A program made the translations under genes and the position numbers. Positions 51,307 through 64,000 of a stretch of 64,000 nt of DNA are shown here, piece by piece. The notes beneath the pieces are model-generated. The model saw nothing but the letters and a program-made list of their open reading frames with translations, made no database searches and was not told the DNA's origin. How positions within the stretch are numbered: the stretch's first letter is position 1; the number at the start of each line of letters is the position of its first letter. Origin of the DNA: Eledone cirrhosa (Eukaryota); the NCBI GenBank assembly GCA_964016885.1, contig OZ024760.1, positions 35,333,640 through 35,397,639 on the forward strand, given 5' to 3'.

Positions 51307-51568
51307 AATACAAGAAATGTAAATCTGAATTTTTCGAATATTTAAAATAATATTTGATTTGTTTGCAATTATGCAAACAGCCTCTTAAGCCATGTGAGTG
51401 GAATGGCCTCGTCAATCTTGCTCTTGTGTTGGCATATAAATAGAACGGCAAGAGCAAGATTGATGAGGTCATTCTACTCACATTGCTTAAGAGGCTGTTT
51501 GCATAATTGCAAACAAATCGAATATTGTTATTAATATTCGAAAAACTCAGATTTACATTTCTTGTATT
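51307..51568. repeat. Palindrome with ~120-bp arms and 22-bp loop next to (TA)n
   Basis: AATACAAGAAATGTAAATCTGA..CTTGCTCTTG mirrored by CAAGAGCAAG..TCAGATTTACATTTCTTGTATT. Confidence 0.88.
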
Positions 51569-51962
51569 CAGCCATGTAGAACGATAAAACTATTTGTTAT
51601 ATATATATATTATTTATTTATGTTCATATACAGAACAAAAGATACATGCTTGATCACCACCTTTTTAAACAAGTATAACATTCATAAGACACGAGCATCA
51701 ACAGTTTTCCAAGCGATGGCAACATGAATGGACCTGTTATTTTTCTCTAAGGACTTTTTTCCGTTTCTGGCCTGGCCGTCTCCTCAATTTTTCTATCTCT
51801 TCTTTAATTTCTCATTCTATTTTCTGATGAAGGACTAGCATCTGAAACATTAAGACTATTTTCCTACTATATCAAGTGTAAAACTAATAACTTTTTTCTT
51901 CATTGTACTGTGTTATTTCCTTTGCTATTTCTGTTTTCCTTTTGCATGCATTTTATATATAT

Positions 51963-51994
<32 letters not shown>

Positions 51995-52042
51995 TTTACG
52001 TCTGCTTGATGATGATAGATATATATATGTATGCAAAAGGCA

Positions 52043-52113
<71 letters not shown>

Positions 52114-52181
52114 TATATATATGCATATATATATATATATATACCATGTATTTTAAGGAATATATAAGACATGTTACCTAC

Positions 52182-52238
52182 CTTTGACCCAATTTGGTTG
52201 CCACACTGGCCAGCCTGGATATGAACTATTTCCCTCAT
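52182..52238 (-). CDS. TUBB: Beta-tubulin coding exon 1 ([19 protein letters not shown])
   Basis: MREI start at 52238; 57 nt; GTAGGT donor; upstream acceptor at 52275-52276 suggests a 5' UTR intron; CDS totals 446 aa. Confidence 0.97.
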
Positions 52239-54694
52239 GATAGCTGTCAATTAATCTTTGTCAAGCACCAAAATCTGAAAACAAAAATTCATCATCTTTA
52301 TCATTATCATCACCATTGCTTTCATCATCATCATTACCATTTAATGTCTGAATTCCATGCTTGAATGAGTTAGACAGATTGTCACATATTGTGGCTATAT
52401 ATGACAGGTGACAATGCCTTTCTTGTATGATCCGTTTCAGGTATGGTTTCTACTGTTGGGTGTCCTTTTTAATGCCAACCATCTAATGGAAATATTTTAG
52501 CTGCCAGGAGTTGTGACCAGTAGACAGTATTACCAAATGGAAAGACCAATGGAAACATTCTTTCCTTGGTTCAATGTGATGAGTTTCACCCCACTCGTTA
52601 AGTGAATGAGGTCTGGGATCTTCTCAAATCGGATCATTAAAAAAATAAACTAATCCATTCATCTTTTAGTTTAGTAACCGGAATTCTGTTTAATTGTCAT
52701 GTTAATTGTGAAAGCTCTTTCATCACACATGGGGTAAGTGGTTGGGCTGGTGGTGTTTATCATTTTGAGGTGTGCCAGGCTTTCCTGGGTTGGAAAAGTG
52801 TTGGGGAGCAAGAGTTCACCATGAAAGGTGACTCAGTCAAGGTTCCTCTTAGCTTTCCATGTTAGCATGGGTTGGACGAAGAAGTTAGGAGTATACTAAC
52901 AGGTGAGGGCCTGAGAGTTGTTCTATTTCTCTGCTTCTTCGAGTTTAAGGTGGAGAAGATGATCAGCGGCAAGCTGGTAGGGAACTCAGGAGTATTCTGG
53001 CAGGGAGGAGGTAAGACCTGAATGATGTATCACATCTCTGCTTCTTCAGGTTTAAGGTGAGAGGTAGGTAGGTGGGTTAGCCATCCTCCTTATGCTGCTT
53101 CATACCACTAGAAAGGTAAGCTCTTTGTATTATAGAATATCACCAGTTTTCTCAGTCCTGGGTCATCTCCTTTGTGAGGTTCAGCTGCTGGGTTGTCCCT
53201 TTGTGAGGTTCAGCAGCATGATGTCGGCCCTCAACACATCATTCCCGGTTTTCCTTTGACTTCAAACACCTTGAATTTCTTTATGCAGCTGTCATCCTTC
53301 ATACACATTACATGTCCACACCATCACAGCCTCCTCTCCTGCATGCTGCAACTGATGCTTCTTATGCCCAGTTTTTCTCTCAGCTCATTGGTACTTCATC
53401 GCTCGTGTATATTACTATTACGCATCCATCAGAGCATGCTCGCCGCATTTCTTTCAAGTCTTCATAATCCTTCATATATAAAGTCCATGTCTCACTACTA
53501 TATTTGCACACAAGCATCATACAATCTGTCTTTCACTTTGAGATAGAGAGAGACCCTTTGTAGCCACCAGTGATAGTAGCTCTCTGAATTCTTTTGTACT
53601 TTCAAAACAACCACTCCCATTGACTATTTCTAGGGAGCTCTCTGAGCGTTTGATGTGAGTTCTTGATGCTTACTGCTCCTGTGCATTGGCTAATACTAAT
53701 AGAAACATAGGCTGACTATGAAGGAATGACGCTAATGCAGTGAAATCTTGCATGCATTATTTTCAACTCTTGGAAAATAAACCTCATTTGGTCATTCCAT
53801 CAGATTATCTTGGTCAGACTAGGAACTATTCAGTTAACCCTCTTAGTTTTCTATTTCTATATATATTACATAGAAAGAACTACCAATACAGTACATATTA
53901 CATAGCTCCCAAAATGAAAATCTTTTTTCCATTTTCTTAAAGACAATCAAACAATTTTTCATATATTATAGACTTTAAACGGAAAAATAAAATCGAATAT
54001 ACCAACCACCTTATGATGTTAGATATCTATCTACATAATATATATATATATATATATACTGTAAAGTGGTCGTGATGACATGACAAAAAGTGTCCAGCCC
54101 ACACTGTAAAGTGATTATGATGATGACACGATAGAAAGTACCCAGCCCACACTGTAAAGTGATCGTGTAGGTGTCACAACAAAAAGCACCCAGTACTCAC
54201 TGTAAATGTGGTTGGCATTAGGAAGGGCATTCAGCTGTAGAAACCAAGCCAAAATCAGTTCTGTATGAAAAAGACAGGGTCACCTGACCTGATATTGCTC
54301 ACAACAGGACAACTCATCTAACCCATGCTAGCGTGGAAAATGGATGTTAAACGGTGATGATGATGATATATATATATATATGTATGTACATTAAATGATG
54401 ATGATTATAATGATGATATATATATATATATTAAATGATGATAATGATGATATATATATATATTAAATGATGATATATATATATACACACACTCACACAC
54501 ACACACACACACACATATATATGGACATACATACACTTACAATGTCTTTAGAATTAAGACCTAGGCAGAACTCCAAGACAATACCCAACTAAATAAATAT
54601 ATATACATATAGATGAAGCAACCAACCTAAAACTTTCAACTTACTGCCACTTTCCTACTTTACTCACCAGTATTGAGTACTAATTTGGTTAATG

Positions 54695-54969
54695 TTAGAA
54701 CATTTTAAACACACACACAAACACACACATGCATATATATATATATATATATACCTACACCCACACATACATTCACACCTACACACAATATCTTTAGAAT
54801 GAAAACTATATATATATACATATATATATATACATATATATATATCATATACAGACATATACATACATATAATATATTTACATATACATGCAAACCCCCC
54901 CCCCCCCACATATATATATATATACATGTACATATATATATATATACACATATATATATATACATGTAC

Positions 54970-55000
<31 letters not shown>

Positions 55001-55068
55001 CATATATATGTGTATATATGTATATATATATACATGTACATATATATATATATGTACATATATATACA

Positions 55069-55106
<38 letters not shown>

Positions 55107-55330
55107 TATATATATATGTACATATATATATATATATATGTACATATATATATACACACACACATGTACACATATATACATTTACATATATATATGCATA
55201 TACATATATATGCATATACATATATATATATACACACACACGTACATATATATATGCATATACATATATGTCTGCATATATATATATATATATACATTTA
55301 CATACATGTATATACATATACACACACATA

Positions 55331-55366
<36 letters not shown>

Positions 55367-55385
55367 CATATATCAATTGGTGATA

Positions 55386-55442
<57 letters not shown>

Positions 55443-55445
55443 TAT
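54695..55445. repeat. TA/CA/GA compound microsatellite
   Basis: Direct. Confidence 0.95.
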
Positions 55446-55866
55446 AGCAGGTAAAATAACAAGACAATAGTAAGACCAGTGACTAACCTGACTGGCTTGG
55501 ACTACAGTCCAATCGGTTCTTCCTTCCACTTTCAACTGATTTTGTCTCTCACACTCTCTCTTCTACCTTTAACTCCCCCTCTCTGTCTTCCACGTTAAAC
55601 TCTCTTCCCCTCTCTATCTCTCTTCCACTTTCAATTCCCTCTCTCTACCAAACTGTCTCTCACTCTCTTCCACCCTTAAATCCTGCCCCATTACTCTTCA
55701 CTCATCACTCTCAAATAACTCTCCCTATCTCTGTCTCTTCCACCCTCAACTCACTCCCCCTCTCTCTCTGTCTTTCTTTTCCACCCTTAAGTAACTCCCT
55801 CTATATATCTGTCTCTCACTCTCCCTTCAAACCTCAACTAATTCCCTCTCCACCCCCCTCTCCCTC

Positions 55867-55899
<33 letters not shown>

Positions 55900-56600
55900 G
55901 TCTGTCACTCTCACAAAGTTACTCCCTCATTCTCTCTCTCTCTCTCTCTTCCTTTACTTCCTCCCTATCTGTCTGTCTTTCTCTTTCCCTCACAACTGCT
56001 TCACCCCCCCCCCCCTCACGACCTCCCACCCCCCACAACAATGTTGCTGTTACATCTATTTCGTATATATTGTTTACTACACATCACATCTGGGTGTGTG
56101 TATGTGTGTGTTTATATGCTAGTGTGTATATATGTGTGTGCAAGTGAGTATATATATATATATATGAATGTGTGCGTGTGAGTGTGTATGTCTTTTTGTA
56201 CCTGTGTATATATATATATATATTTTGTGTTTATATATAGGTGTATGAATGACACCATGTGTGTCGGGATCCTTGTATATGTGTGTGTGCATAAGTGTAT
56301 GTATGCTAGTGTGTGTGTGTATATATGTGTATGTATGCCAGTATGTGTATGTATAAGTGTAAGTAAATGTGTGTACAAATACAAGATACTTCAGTGTGTA
56401 ATGCCAAGCAGAATAGGAAGGAGGAAAAATTCTGATATTCCGCACTTTCTACAATGTTCTGTTGGAACTGTTCTCACTGATGCTCACACACACACACATA
56501 TATATATTTACATGTGCATATATACATATATATATTTACATATGCACATCACATACATACATATATAAATATATATATATATATATATACTGTGTGTGTT

Positions 56601-56633
<33 letters not shown>

Positions 56634-56635
<2 letters not shown>

Positions 56636-57300
56636 AAGTGTGGTAAGGAACCAGGTGGACCATAATGCACCAAAGTACTCGATACTGGGTAGTAGAGTGG
56701 GTAATATCGTTCAGATCTAGCTGTTGAAACAGCCGGAGCCACAGCCATCAGGGTCCTGACTCTTTTCCTATATTTATATATATATAGGAAAAGAGTCAGG
56801 ACCCTGACGGCCGAAGCTCAGCAGTCAGGGTCCTGACTCTTTTCCTATATATATATATATGAAAATTTCTGTACCCTGACAGCTGAGCTCCGGCCATTTC
56901 AACAGCTAGATCCGGACCAGCTGTTAAAACTGCTGAAGCTCAGCTGTCGGGGTCCTGAAATTTTCATATTACCCACTCTACTCCTCCAAGTATCAGTACT
57001 CTGGTGAGAAATGGTCTAAATGGTTTTTACTGCATCCATTCTGATATATATATATATATATATATAGGAAAAGAGTCAGGACCTCGATGGCTGAGCTCCA
57101 GTCATTTCGACAGCTAGATCTGAACTAATGCAGTAGTGTCAGGATGCCCTGACACTACTGCGTTATTTCAGATCTAGCTGTCGAAACAGCCGGAGCTCAG
57201 CCGTCGGGGTCCTGACTCTTTTCCTATTACCAACTCTACTACCCTAAGCATCGACTACTCTGGTGTGTTCTGGTCCACCTGGTTCCTTACCACATTTCCT
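56634..57300. repeat. Nested multi-hairpin foldback element
   Basis: Outer ~70-bp inverted arms; ~60-bp unit TCAGATCTAGCTGT..GGGTCCTGACTCTTTTCCTATA repeated in alternating orientation. Confidence 0.85.
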
Positions 57301-60300
57301 TCATTATACATATGTATATATATATATCATCATCATCACCGTTTTACGTCCGTTCTTCCACGCTAGCATCCAAAAAAATGTATACACACTTTGATCACCT
57401 GTACAGGCAATATTTATTAGAATGCTGTTGAAGTATGTATATATATATTCTTTTTTTGGACACCCCATGTATGTATGTATGTATCCACTCTCCAGAGCGT
57501 GAAATTAATAAACATTTGTTGTACTGCCTCTCTGTTTTGTTCCTGTTCAAATTTTCCATTATATATATAGATATATATATGACAAATGAAAACTGGGTAT
57601 GTTTAGGAAGCTGTAAGAGCTTCCTAAACATACCCACTTTTCATATGTCACAACACTTCAAACTACAACACCCTCATATATACATTAAGCTAACAGAAGT
57701 TTGAGAGGTTATGATTCCAGTGTCGGGCCCAATCAATAGAGATTGAACCTTGAGCTCATCAATCGTGAAACACGTATCACACCTGAATGAACATAATGAA
57801 AATTTGACACCTAGTCCATACTTATTATTGACAGTATCGGTAGAGGGTCGGATGCCATGGTTTGACGCATAGAGTTACGGCCCTTGCCATTCTGAGTTCA
57901 AATCCCGCCGAGGTTAACTTTGCCTTTCATCCTTACGGGGTCAATAAAATAAAGTACCAATAATGCACTGGGTAATTGCTGGCCTTGTGCCAAATATAGA
58001 AACAATTATTAATATTACTTTGCTTACTAAGTTGGTGAAAAATCATCAAAATATTGACCCAAATATAATCCCACCCCCTTCTACCATTGGTCACATATTC
58101 TTTGGCTTATATTTGAGTATATGTGGTTTATGGCAAATGGTGGGTATTAAACCCTAGTAGACATTAAGCTCCACTACACTTCAAACGCATTATATTTATA
58201 ATTATCATTTACATTACTCTATATATATTATTGTATTTTCACGGTAAAGGCTTTATCTCACATAATATCGAATCTATGAGATTTTGAGAACAATACGTTA
58301 ACATCAGTATGTGTGGCTGGTTACGGCTGGTTTGAACAGAAAGAGGTGAGAGAATTCTGGCCTGATACAACCGGTTTAAATGCTAAACGGTTAATAAAGA
58401 TACATTTAATCTCACTGCTGTATGAATATAAACCATAGATAAACCATGGTAGCTTCAGTTGTTAAAAGTAAAGGATTGTCTGACCAGTTTCACCTTTCAT
58501 TAAAAGCTCATCAGGGAATGTTTAGATCGGCTTTCAACTGCCAAAGTTAAGAATGTAGCTTCTGAAGAATAATCTAAACAAACTAATAATAGCATCAAGT
58601 AATTTACATAATAGTATGGTGAAGTGATTTACATAATGGTATGAAGCTAGTTGGTCTGGGTAGATGTATGTGTGTGGGGCCTAGTTAATAATGAAAGTTG
58701 CAACAAAGTGTTGCTATGGATAAATATAGTGAAAGTAATATTTAATTAAAAAAATATATATATATGTGGAGGGGGTGAGAAGAGGTAGAATAAGAGAGGG
58801 TGAGAACAGGAGAGAGAAGAGGAAGAAAGGTATAGAAAAAGAGAGAGAGATAGAGAAACAGAAAGAGGAAGATAGTGATGAGGTAGAGAGATGTATAGAA
58901 GCCATGGAATATTCTTCAGGTCTCTCAGACATTCTGCAATATCAGACTTCATTTTGTTGTATCATGTCACTGCTGGCATCATGCTGGCTGGCTGGTTGCT
59001 GCAGTGGTGGTTGGTGGTGGTCATTGTGGTGCATGCATATATATATATATAGTGTGAGTGAGTGAGTGAGTGTGTGTTCCAACAGAATATCTAGCTATGT
59101 GTGTGTATGTGTTTGTCAGAGAGAGACATATATATGGAGGCACATGTCTTAGTGGTTAGAGCATTGGCCTTGCAAACAAAAGGTTGTGAGTTCAATTCTC
59201 AGACCAGGTGATGTGTTGTTTCCTTGAGCAAGACACTTTATTTCACATTGCTCCAGTTTACTCAGCTGTAGAAATGAGATGATAGGGACTGGGGTCCATA
59301 TCATTCCACTGCAAAGTGGTCGTGCAGGTGCCATGGCAAAAAAAAGCACCCAGCACTCACTGTAAATGAAGTTGGTGTTAGGAAGGGCATCCAGCTGTAG
59401 AAATCAAGCCAGAATCAGTTCCCGTCCCACCCTTGCAAGCAGGGAAAAAGCAGACATAAAATGAAATGATATCTCATCATTATCATGTAGCATAATTTTT
59501 CTATATATATATATAGAGAGAGAGAGAGAAACAGATAGATACCCAACAGAGAGAGAGAGAGAGAGAGTTCCAAGTCGGGTACAATGATTCATCAGCTATG
59601 TACAGTACTGCATTGATATGTTGATGTATACGGTAGTTTTATACACACACACCATACCCAATTTCACAAATATATACACAGACACACACACCATACCCAA
59701 TTTCACATAAATATATACACACACATATACACACCATACCCGATTTCACTGACACAGTCCCACTCAAATATATACATACATACATACACAGTCCACTCAA
59801 ATATATACATACATATATACAGTCCACACTCATAAATATGTACACACACACACATTCTCACATACATAGAATGGACAGTCCTTAATTTCAACAAATTTTC
59901 CAGCTCATGAAATTAACTAGTGGCTGAGCATTCCAAAAACACATGTACTTTCAACATAATTCTCAGGGAGGTTCAGCATGGTGTTTGACAAGGCTGGCCC
60001 TTTAAATTACAGGTACTGTCCAACAGTCTGTCTTGTATTAGACTGTAAGTGGCTGAGCATTCCAAAAGCACGTGTACTTTCAATACAATTCTCAGTGAGA
60101 TTCAGCATGGCAGTGTGTGACAAGGCTGGCTCCTTGAATTACAGGTACAGTCCAACAGTCTGTCTTGTATTAAACTGTAAGTGGCCGAGCATTCCCCAGA
60201 CACATGTACCGTCAAGATAATTCTCGGAGATTCAGTATCTCAAGTCATGGTTCGACCCAAAGCAAAGGTATATGATACTTTACAGTGGAATCGAACCTGG

Positions 60301-60922
60301 AACCTAATGATTTCAAAAAGAGCTTAACTATGCTGCCTCCATACACACCCCTCCCCATGCCACCAATGTTGTCCAAAGATCAATACTGCTTGGCACCAGT
60401 GTTGTCGCAACTAATTTCCAGTACACACTGTAAATGTGGTTGGTATTAGGAAGGTCATCTAGCCATAGAAACCCAGCCAAAACTAGTTTTCTGTATGAGA
60501 AGTCAGGTCGGATGACCCGACTTCTCATACAAGACAATTCGTCTAACCCTAGCTAGCATGGAAAAATGGACGTTAAACAGTGATTATGCCGATATATATA
60601 TATATATATTTATTAAAATAACAGATTAAAGTTTAAGCAAAGAATCGCTGCTTTCACCCTTAACGGGATCTTCTGAAACTAAAAAAAAAATTTTTGCTCT
60701 ATATTTTACATATTTTATATATATTATCCTTATTGAGCCCCCTTCGTATTTTAGTCTTCACATTTATTATTATTAGAATTGGTAGTATCGGTAGAGGGTC
60801 GGACACCATGCTTTGACGCATAGAGTTACGGCCCTTACGGGGTCGATAAAATAAAGTACCAGTAATGTACTGGGTAATTGCTGGCCTTGTGCCAATAGTA
60901 GAAACAATTATATATATATGGG

Positions 60923-61849
60923 TGGTATTACCCGTATAGAAAGCCGAATGATACGCTTAATTACATAAGTAAGCATTCCAACCATCCTGCAAGCATAACT
61001 AAGAACCTGGTAAGAAACGTTTCGTTGAGGCTTTCCTGTCTTTCCACCAACGAGCGCATTTTCAACGACCATTCCACTTATTACAATGAAGCTCTTGCTC
61101 GAAGTGGATTTGTCGATAAGGTAGCATATACAGAGTACGAAAATAGACCTAGAAGAAATAGATCCCGTCGCATTTGTTGGTTTAACCCACCATATAATAT
61201 GGAGGTGGCCACACCATTAGCTAAGATCTTTCTTTCCCTTATTACGAAGCATTTTCCCCCTACACATAAATATAGTAAAATTTTTAATAGAAATACTATT
61301 AAAATTTCTTACTCTACGACTCCTAACCTTGCACATAACATCACAGCTTCAAATTTAGCTAAACTACTTAGCCGTAGGAACACGTGCAACCCTGTAGTTA
61401 GTACTAACTGTAATTGTAGGATTCGGACTGATTGCCCCCTATCCGGGAAATGCCTCTCTAGTAACATTGTCTACAAATGTAAGGTTGTAACACCCACGTC
61501 CCGTAGGGCCTACATAGGGTTAACCGCCAATAGTTTCAAGCAGCGTCTTTACATGCATACCCATTCTTTTTGTTACCCTCTAAGAAGGAATATGACGTCA
61601 CTTTCAGCTTATATCTGGAGTCTAAAAGACAACCACACCCAATATAAGTTACACTGGGAGATCCTAGCTAGAGCTAGATCGTATAACGGAAATAAAAGAC
61701 CATGTGACCTCTGCGTCGCTGAGGCCCTGGAAATACTCTACGCCACAGACCACATCTTAAACAAAAAATCTGAGGCAATTTCAGCTTGTAAACATAAATT
61801 GCACAAAACTTTCCTGTATAACAGCCCCACGTTATACCCGAACGGATAG
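60923..61849 (+). pseudogene. PLE ORF fragment: RT C-terminus, Zn-finger linker, GIY-YIG endonuclease
   Basis: In-frame YRKPN..SNHP upstream of ORF 61025; WFNPPY; CxCx5Cx5C; NIVY..YIG..R..H; CDLC..E; no stops. Confidence 0.9.
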
Positions 61850-62758
61850 TACGATCTATACGTGGATATTTTACGTCTTGATGTGGGAGCTAAGTATATG
61901 TTTTGTTTATTCCTTTACTTATTTGCATAGGTAAGTATATATTACCCGTATGTTTTGTGAAGCTATGTATACCTTCTCGTACGTATATTTGATTGTTTTG
62001 GCGTTTAATTTTTATATATTCTGGTATTTTGGGTTTGGCTATGTGTATACGGGAGTTTTGCGTCTGCAGGTTCGTACATATGGCGGGTGTGTGTATATGT
62101 GTACTCCTTGTTTTAGTTGACTTACGTCTCCGAACATTCGTGTGTGTGTGTGCGCGCGCTTGTTATATACGTATTTATTTACTTGTATACGCTTATATAA
62201 TTATTTATTTATTTATTTGTACACAAGCATACACACGCACACATATTTATATGTGCGTGGTTTTGTATACCTATGGTAAGGTTTTGCGTATGCTTGTGTA
62301 TGTACGTATTTGTTTGCGTGTATGTATTTATTTATTTCTATTACTTCTGTTTGTATTTCTTTACTTTGTTCTTAACTCTGTAGCGGAGATTCATTTGGTC
62401 TCCTAGTTAGAATTTTAGTCTACGGCTTCTGCTATACCATTTACGTGGTTTTGTCCTTGCGTGCTCTTGTTCTCCACGCTCCACATATGACTTATCTTTG
62501 TTTTTTCGTTCATTGCCAGAGAACGTCTATGCACCACCTAAGAGAACATTAGTCTACAACCTCTTTTATACCTTAAACGTGGTTCTGTCTTTGCGCGTAA
62601 TTGTTTTTCACTGCTCCTATTAATGACGTATTATATTCGTTTTTTTCCCGTTCTTTGCCAGCGAACGTTACCACGAACCAAAGTATCGTCTTCCTGTCTT
62701 CCTCCGGTTGCAACGTTTTTTGAAATATCCAGTTCTGCATTTACAGATTGACTTTGTT

Positions 62759-62809
62759 AGTTTCAGAAGATCCCGTTAAGGGTGAAAGCAGCGATTCTTT
62801 GCTTAAACT
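62759..62809 (+). ncRNA. Type I hammerhead-like fold with variant core CAGAAGA (mirror copy ~60630-60680, minus)
   Basis: Stem I AGTTT/AAACT; stem II CCC/GGG; GAAA; stem III GCA/TGC; CUU cleavage triplet. Confidence 0.6.
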
Positions 62810-62829
62810 TTAATCTGTTATTTTAATAA

Positions 62830-64000
62830 ATATAATATATAATATAATAATATAATAATATAATATAATAATATAAAATATAATATAATAATATAAAATA
62901 TAATATAATAATATAATATATAATATAATAATATAATATAATAATATAATATAATATATATATAATATAATATATATATATAATATATATATATAATATA
63001 TAATATAATATATATATATAATATATAATATAATATATAATATATATATATAATATATATATATAATATATATAAATATAATATATATAATATATATATA
63101 TAATATATATATAATATATATATATATAATATATATAATATATAATATATATATATATAATATATATAATATATAATATATATATATATATATAATATAT
63201 ATATATATATAATATATAATATATATAATATATATATATATATATAATATATAATATATATATATAATATATATAATATATAATATATATATATAATATA
63301 TATATAATATATAATATATATATAATATATATATATATATAATATATAATATATATATATATATAATATATAATATATATAATATATATATATATATAAT
63401 ATATAATATATATATAATATATATATATATATAATATATATAATATATATATATATATAATATATATAATATATATATATATATAATATATATAATATAT
63501 ATATATAATATATATATATATAATATATATAATATAATATATATAATATATATATATATAATATATATATATAATATATATATATAATATATATATATAA
63601 TATATATATATAATATATATATATAATATATATATATAATATATATATAATATATATATATAATATATAATATATATATATATATATAATATATATAATA
63701 TATATAATATATAATATATATATAATATATATAATATATATAATATATATATATAATATATATATAATATATATATATAATATATATATATAATATATAT
63801 ATATAATATATATAATATATATATATAATATATATATAATATATATATAATATATATATAATATATATATAATATATATATAATATATATATAATATATA
63901 TATAATATATATAATATATATATAATATATATAATATATATATAATATATATATAATATATATAATATATATATATATATATAATATATATATATAATAT
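62830..64000. repeat. Pure A/T (TA/TAA) microsatellite of more than 1.1 kb, open at the window end
   Basis: Direct. Confidence 0.97.

Larger units (their letters stand above)
60605..62834 (+). mobile_element. 5'-truncated Penelope-like element (Naiad-like) with inverted terminal pLTR segment
   Basis: 60605-60682 is the reverse complement of 62757-62834; TA microsatellites on both sides. Confidence 0.85.

Noticed and set aside
62400-62700. SECIS element in the PLE 3' region
   Set aside because: ATGAC motifs are present but no clear GA quartet or AA loop, and no in-frame TGA in the visible ORF

Overview
Repeat-rich, AT-rich eukaryotic DNA. The SINE/LINE/MITE families and long TA/CA microsatellites suggest a cephalopod, probably an octopod (inference). 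Two spliced protein genes lie on the minus strand and were reconstructed by hand: ELOF1 (3 coding exons, 83 aa, 30939-34082, absent from the ORF track) and a divergent beta-tubulin (4 coding exons, 446 aa, 43497-52238). Other content: a 23-bp satellite array (1-9578); a ~10-kb imperfect foldback (10831-20912) built from Helitron-like units, LTR-like modules and A-tract repeats; two 5'-truncated Penelope-like elements (PLEs), one forming a 2.56-kb spacerless palindrome; a deleted mariner; RTE and CRE LINE remnants; piggyBac-type MITEs; many SINEs. The main theme is self-inverted hairpin elements at every scale, most next to TA microsatellites. Many carry type I hammerhead-ribozyme motifs and one carries back-to-back tRNA-like Pol III units. 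Most ORFs in the supplied track are repeat artefacts.
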